64,000 nt of DNA from Dehalococcoidia bacterium. Its GTDB lineage: Bacteria; Chloroflexota; Dehalococcoidia; SZUA-161; SpSt-899. The notes under the pieces were generated by a model. That model was not told the origin of the DNA. It worked only from the letters and a program-made list of their open reading frames with translations, and ran no database searches. The stretch spans positions 503-64,502 of the forward strand of contig JAWOBB010000034.1 in assembly GCA_046498265.1 (NCBI GenBank), given 5' to 3'. Positions 59,184-64,000 of this stretch are shown in pieces; position 1 is the first letter of the stretch; each line of letters starts with the position of its first letter. A program made the position numbers and the translations under genes.

Positions 59184-60200
59184 CTAACTGACCTTTCTGC
59201 CGATTGAAGCGGCCACTGAAATCAGTTGGGCGTTGAGCTCGTGGAAATGCTCGAAGGTGAGCGATTGCGGCCCGTCCTTGAGGGCCTTATCGGGATTGGG
59301 GTGCACCTCCACCATAATCCCGTCCGCTCCGGCGGCCACCGAAGCCAGGGCGAGAGGGGCGACCAGATACCATTTACCGGTGGCATGGCTGGGGTCGCCG
59401 ATGACGGGCAGGTGGCTGAGTTTTTTGATGACGGGAATGGCGCTCACATCCATGGTGTTGCGGGTATAGGTCTCGAAGGTGCGGATACCTCGTTCGCATA
59501 GAATCACTTCCCGGTTCCCCTGGGATATGATGTATTCCGCCGAGAGAAGCCATTCCTGGATGGTGGCCGACATTCCCCGCTTGAGCATGACGGGTTTTCT
59601 GATTTTCCCGACTTCATCAAGCAGCATGAAATTCTGCATGTTCCGGGTCCCGACCTGGAGGATATCGGCGTATCTGGCCACCAGTTCCACGTCGTTGGCG
59701 CTCATAACCTCGGTGATGGTGGGCAATCCTGTCTCCCTACCGGCCCGGGCAAGCAGCTTGAGCCCTTCCTCTCCCAGTCCTCGAAAACTGTATGGCGAGG
59801 TGCTGGGCTTGAAGGCCCCGCCCCTCAGTATATTGGCCCCCGATTCCTTTACCGAGCGGGCGGTGGACATGAGTTGTTCCTCGGATTCGATGGCACAGGG
59901 TCCCGCCATCACCGCCAGGCCCTCACCCCCGATAGTGACGTTGCCGACGGTAATCCGGCTGTCAGCAGGCTGGAATTCGCGGCTGGCAAGCTTATAGGGT
60001 TTGCTTATGGGGATAACTTCATCGACGCCGGGGGACCTTTCCAGCGCTTCCCTGAGTTCGGGATAGGTTTGTCCCACCACTCCCACCACCGTCCGGTCCA
60101 CCCCTTCAGATATGTGGCCTGAAAGCCCTTTCTCTTTCAGATGGTCCATGATTCCCTGGAGATCATCTTTACTGGAAGTCTTGCTTAAAACCAGGAGCAT
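59184..60200 (-). CDS. aroF: DAHP synthase type I-beta with N-terminal regulatory domain
   Basis: [32 protein letters not shown]. Confidence 0.93.
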   Translation of the reverse strand: MLLVLSKTSSKDDLQGIMDHLKEKGLSGHISEGVDRTVVGVVGQTYPELREALERSPGVDEVIPISKPYKLASREFQPADSRITVGNVTIGGEGLAVMAGPCAIESEEQLMSTARSVKESGANILRGGAFKPSTSPYSFRGLGEEGLKLLARAGRETGLPTITEVMSANDVELVARYADILQVGTRNMQNFMLLDEVGKIRKPVMLKRGMSATIQEWLLSAEYIISQGNREVILCERGIRTFETYTRNTMDVSAIPVIKKLSHLPVIGDPSHATGKWYLVAPLALASVAAGADGIMVEVHPNPDKALKDGPQSLTFEHFHELNAQLISVAASIGRKVS

Positions 60201-60214
60201 TTTTCTCTTCTCCT

Positions 60215-60580
60215 CTAACTTGAAGGGGTGGAATTTCTCAGGTTCTCGGCCCCGTTGATGTATATGTGCTCGATCTCGTCGGCAGATTTTTCGGTGTTAT
60301 ACAGGATCAAGATGCGGATGCATCTGGCGAGGCTTCCGGGAACATCCATTTCATGCCCGCAAATGAGTGCTGTCTTTGTCCATCCCATCCGGCGGGCTGC
60401 CAGGGCCGGGAACTCGGCATCGAGGTCTGTGGTGGTGGTGAAGAAGACGCAGGCCACCTCGTCCACCTCGATCCGGTTGGCCTCGATTATCTTATCCAGG
60501 AGCTCGCTGGTGCCCTGGAGGATGGATTCCCTGGAGTTCTGGTTAACGGTGGTTGCCCCTCGAATTCCCCGGCAGCGCAT
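60215..60580 (-). CDS. aroH: Chorismate mutase, AroH class
   Basis: RGIRGATTV, FPALAAR, CIR, HIY. Confidence 0.93.
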   Translation of the reverse strand: MRCRGIRGATTVNQNSRESILQGTSELLDKIIEANRIEVDEVACVFFTTTTDLDAEFPALAARRMGWTKTALICGHEMDVPGSLARCIRILILYNTEKSADEIEHIYINGAENLRNSTPSS

Positions 60581-60647
60581 GTTCTCTTTCCTTGCTTCTC
60601 AAACCAATAGTAGCACTTACGAATGAGGTTAGCAACCGGAACCCGCC

Positions 60648-61865
60648 TTATCGGCGCGGCCTTCTGTCGATTACTCCGCTTTCTTCCAATTCGGCAATCT
60701 TCTCAGCGGACATGCCCAGCAATTCCCCGAAGACATAGTCGTTGTGCTCGGCAAAACAGGGTGCGGGAAGGCGGATGCTTCCCGGAGTCCGGCTCAGTTT
60801 CCAGGGCATGCCGGGATGCTCATGTGTGCCTGCTTCGGGATGGGTGACCATCTCGAAGAATCCTCTTTCTTTCAGATGCGGGTTATCGTTGAGTTGCCCG
60901 GCATCGAGAACGGCCCCGGCCCGAACCCCGAACTTCTGAAGGGTTTCCATGGCCTCATTCGGTTCGTGTTGAGCTGTCCAGTCCTCGATCAGCCGGCGCA
61001 GCTTGAGCGGGTCCTCATTTTTATCCAGCGGATTGCCGATGGCCCGGCTCAGGGCGGCCCATTCCTCTTCAGGGCCGATAGCGATGGCAATCCAGGCGTC
61101 GTCACCCCGGCAGCGAAAGCATCGCTGGAAGGGAGCGGTGGGATCGTGATTGCCACTGGGTTCCGCAGTTCTCTTATTCATGGAATAATCCAGGAGTTGC
61201 TCGCCGAGCAGCGGGGCAAGGCTCTCCCGCAGCGAAAGGTCGATGTGCTGACCCCTGCCCGTTTTGCGTCGCTGCCGCAGGGCCACCATGGCGGCGAAGG
61301 CCGCATGCAGGCCGCCGGTGGAGTCGGCATAGGCCGTTCCCGGGCCGAGAGGCTGGCTTTGCGGGTATCCGGTTATCGAGGAGAGTCCGGCCATCGCCTC
61401 GATGCCGCGGCCGAAGTTGACATAATCACGGTAAGGGCCCGTTTGCCCGTATGCCGAAATGGAGACCATGATAATTGCCGGGTTAATCTCGCTCAGTACC
61501 GGGTAGTCCAGCCCGAAGTTGGCCATCACCCTGGGGGTGAAATTCTCCAGTACCACGTCGCTGATCTCAACCAGTTTCCTGAATATCTCCTTACCTTGCT
61601 CAGTGGCAAGGTTGAGGCTGACGGCCAGTTTGTTGCGGTTTAGCTCGTTATAGTAAGCTGAGCGATTATAAGGCTGCTCGCCGGGATTTGTCTGGGGATA
61701 AACCGCCCCCGGCTGCGGCTGAGGACCGCCTCGAGTGGAGCGGGCGGCCGATTCGATGCGAATGACCTCGGCCCCCATATCGGCCAGTAAGCGTCCGGCC
61801 AGCGGCCCGGCATATACCTGGCTGAGGTCGAGCAGTCGGATTCCCTCTAAAGGTAAGTTCGGCAT
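60648..61865 (-). CDS. Class III CoA-transferase, catalytic-type subunit
   Basis: AGP, GAEVIRIE, NRNK, ENFTP, TAYADSTGG. Confidence 0.9.
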   Translation of the reverse strand: MPNLPLEGIRLLDLSQVYAGPLAGRLLADMGAEVIRIESAARSTRGGPQPQPGAVYPQTNPGEQPYNRSAYYNELNRNKLAVSLNLATEQGKEIFRKLVEISDVVLENFTPRVMANFGLDYPVLSEINPAIIMVSISAYGQTGPYRDYVNFGRGIEAMAGLSSITGYPQSQPLGPGTAYADSTGGLHAAFAAMVALRQRRKTGRGQHIDLSLRESLAPLLGEQLLDYSMNKRTAEPSGNHDPTAPFQRCFRCRGDDAWIAIAIGPEEEWAALSRAIGNPLDKNEDPLKLRRLIEDWTAQHEPNEAMETLQKFGVRAGAVLDAGQLNDNPHLKERGFFEMVTHPEAGTHEHPGMPWKLSRTPGSIRLPAPCFAEHNDYVFGELLGMSAEKIAELEESGVIDRRPRR

Positions 61866-61919
61866 CTTTCAAATATTGTGTCCGCATCAGGCGGACTCAG
61901 AATGGCAGAACTGGCAGGC

Positions 61920-63089
61920 TCAGATAATCCCCATACCCCTGAGTTGTGTCAGTTCCTCTTTAGCATATCCCAAAAGGCCACCGTAAATTTCCTCGTTGTG
62001 TTCCCCCAGCAGCGGCGCTCTGCCGAGATTAGTCCGGCAGTCGCTCATCTTGAAAGGGGTTCCCGGATAAGTGAGAATACCGGTTGCGGGGTGTTCAATT
62101 TTGGTAAAAAAGTCCCTGTCCTGAAACTGCTCATCTTCTGCCAGTTCCTCTACTTCCATCACTTTGGCAAAGGGAAGCCGCCATTTCTGGGCCCGGTGGA
62201 AGATTTCCTCGCGGTCCTCTTCTGCCAGCCGCCGTGTGAGAAGGGCATCAATCTCGTCCGCTTTCTGGCGAAGCTCTCCCGGTTTGAACTGGAGCAGTTC
62301 CGGCATTTCCATGAAGCCGGCAAAGGTTTCCCAGTCGGTGCTGGCATCCAGGTGGATGTAGCCGTCCCGGCAGGGCAGGATGGTGGAGGGATAGATCGAG
62401 GGATGGCGGGCCCCGTCCCGCTGGCGCAAAGTGCCGTCGTAAGCCCAGCTCAGCAGTGCCCCTTCCAGGATGGAGGCCAGGCATTCCATGATAGATATGT
62501 CGATGTGCTGGCCGGTGCCGGTATCATCCCGAAAAAGGAGTGCTGCCATCACAGCCACGGCCGCATTCAATCCGGCCTGATACTCAGCCTGCGGTCCGGC
62601 TATCTTCAACGGTTCCTTATCGCCAAATCCGGTCAAATTCATGATTCCCCCGGTTGCCTGGGCGGTAATATCCGATCCTTGGTACTCGTGCCACGGCCCG
62701 GTCTGACCGTAATACGAAATAGATGCCATGATGAGGGAGGGGTTCAATTCCTGCAGAGCCTGATGATCGATAACTCCCGGCCCTAGACTTTCAACCAGAA
62801 TATTTGACCGTTTGATGAGTTGGCCCAGAATCCGGTAGCCTGCCCTGCTTTGCCAGTTCAAGGTGATGCTTTTCTTGCCGGTGTTGAGATGCAGATAAAG
62901 CCCGCTTTTCTCAGGGTCGGGGATATCATCGGGAAAGGGCCCGTGGCGGCGGGAAATATCACCCCCGTCGGGATTTTCTATTTTGATGACCTCGGCCCCG
63001 AAGCCAGCCAGGAGCTTGGTGCAATACGGACCCGAGACGAACTGACTCAGCTCGAGGACCTTGAGATCGGACAGGGGAAGGTTTTGCAT
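61920..63089 (-). CDS. Class III CoA-transferase, partner subunit
   Basis: SGPYCTKLL, NTGKKSITL, QAEYQAG, APLLGEHN. Confidence 0.9.
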   Translation of the reverse strand: MQNLPLSDLKVLELSQFVSGPYCTKLLAGFGAEVIKIENPDGGDISRRHGPFPDDIPDPEKSGLYLHLNTGKKSITLNWQSRAGYRILGQLIKRSNILVESLGPGVIDHQALQELNPSLIMASISYYGQTGPWHEYQGSDITAQATGGIMNLTGFGDKEPLKIAGPQAEYQAGLNAAVAVMAALLFRDDTGTGQHIDISIMECLASILEGALLSWAYDGTLRQRDGARHPSIYPSTILPCRDGYIHLDASTDWETFAGFMEMPELLQFKPGELRQKADEIDALLTRRLAEEDREEIFHRAQKWRLPFAKVMEVEELAEDEQFQDRDFFTKIEHPATGILTYPGTPFKMSDCRTNLGRAPLLGEHNEEIYGGLLGYAKEELTQLRGMGII

Positions 63090-63122
63090 TGGTGCTGTGA
63101 GTATCTAAAAAAAGAGCGCCGC

Positions 63123-64000
63123 TTATTCCAGTTGATGTGTCTTCTTGACCCGTTCCAGCAGCTGGCTGATATCCGGTGCCCGGCCCCCGTATTTGGGGGC
63201 TCCGATGGGGTCCTCGACCGGGTTGCCGAGCAGCACATCGAAGGTCGCCTTGCAGCTGTAACTGATAGCCTCCAGGTTGTATCCCCCCTCCAAAGTGAGG
63301 ACGAGTCTCCCGCCGCAAAGCTCTTCGGCGAGGTCCCTGATGATTTTAACGATATCGGCGAACCCCTGCACGCTCAACTGCATCATGGCCAGCTGATCGC
63401 TCCAGTGGGGATCAAATCCGACGGAGACGAGGATCAGCTCCGGCTTAAATCGCCGGGCGACGGGCACCAGTATCTCCTCATAGACCTGCCGGTACTCGTT
63501 GTCCCCGCATCCGCCGGGAAGCGGCACATTCACGGTGGCTCCTTTTCCATCTCCCGTCCCGGTCTCGCTGACATCGCCGGAGCCGGGATAGTAAGGGTAA
63601 AGGTGGGTAGAGAAATAGAGTACGTCGGGGTCATCGTAAAAAGAATCCTGGGTTCCGTTGCCGTGATGGACATCGAAATCGGCGATGAGTATCCGCTTGA
63701 GGCCGTGCAGCTCTCGGGCATATCTTGCGGCGATGGCGATGTTGTTGAACAGGCAGAAACCCATGGCCCGAGTTCTGGTGGCATGGTGGCCCGGGGGACG
63801 GACCAGCCCGAAAGCCGAGCTGACTTCCCCGTTCATGACCGCATCGACAGCCCGCAGGATGCCGCCGGCCGAATACAGGGCCGCCTTGTAAGACCCCGGA
63901 GAGCAGTAAGTGTCTCCATCGAGCCAGGCACCTCCCCGTTCGGAAGATGATTCGACTCGCGAAATCAGTTCTTTGGAGTGGGTGGTCAAGAGTTCGCTTT
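63123..64000 (-). CDS. Histone deacetylase family amidohydrolase (3' part; begins beyond the window)
   Basis: RPPGHHA, GFCLFNN, DFDVHHGNGTQ, LEGGY. Confidence 0.93.
   Translation of the reverse strand, partial: SELLTTHSKELISRVESSSERGGAWLDGDTYCSPGSYKAALYSAGGILRAVDAVMNGEVSSAFGLVRPPGHHATRTRAMGFCLFNNIAIAARYARELHGLKRILIADFDVHHGNGTQDSFYDDPDVLYFSTHLYPYYPGSGDVSETGTGDGKGATVNVPLPGGCGDNEYRQVYEEILVPVARRFKPELILVSVGFDPHWSDQLAMMQLSVQGFADIVKIIRDLAEELCGGRLVLTLEGGYNLEAISYSCKATFDVLLGNPVEDPIGAPKYGGRAPDISQLLERVKKTHQLE

Noticed and set aside
1633-63950. Many long antisense or alternate-frame ORFs (e.g. 1633..2565, 12001..13014, 22101..23015, 25947..26975, 28787..29749, 62820..63950)
   Set aside because: Shadows of well-supported genes on the opposite strand in GC-rich DNA, with no motifs.
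1-64000. Selenocysteine read-through, programmed frameshifts, tRNA/rRNA genes, IS transposases
   Set aside because: Recognised genes appear full length, and no such signatures were seen by eye. tRNAscan and Rfam were not run.

Overview
Mostly core chromosome of an anaerobic, GC-rich bacterium. Gene content and order suggest Chloroflexota, class Dehalococcoidia, but this is inference only. Left part (1-16.3 kb): the 5' end of an S-layer-like protein gene with a long structured leader, a thiolase plus an HMG-CoA-synthase-like/DUF35 fusion, a four-gene cluster resembling the mycobacterial methylmannose-polysaccharide (MMP) genes, two orphan substrate-binding lipoproteins, a class III CoA-transferase pair and a large surface lipoprotein. 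Middle (16.5-28.3 kb): a complete siroheme-dependent heme operon (ahbC-ahbD-ahbAB-FeS protein-sirC-hemA-hemC-cobA/hemD-hemB-hemL). It is headed by an uncharacterised MerR/BldC-type regulator with a 10-bp-phased repeat array, and interrupted by an AT-rich GxxExxY gene flanked by ACAGGAT inverted repeats. Right part: housekeeping genes (recG, fakAB-like, rpmB, rpe, argH, argS, recA-recX-rny-ymdB, ispDF-cysS, holB-PSP1, aroK/B, hpf, comF, pyrD, aroF, aroH), a MenK-like radical SAM enzyme, a second CoA-transferase pair and a partial HDAC-family gene. I saw no rRNA, tRNA, CRISPR array or transposase. All functional calls come from motif recognition; no database searches were run.
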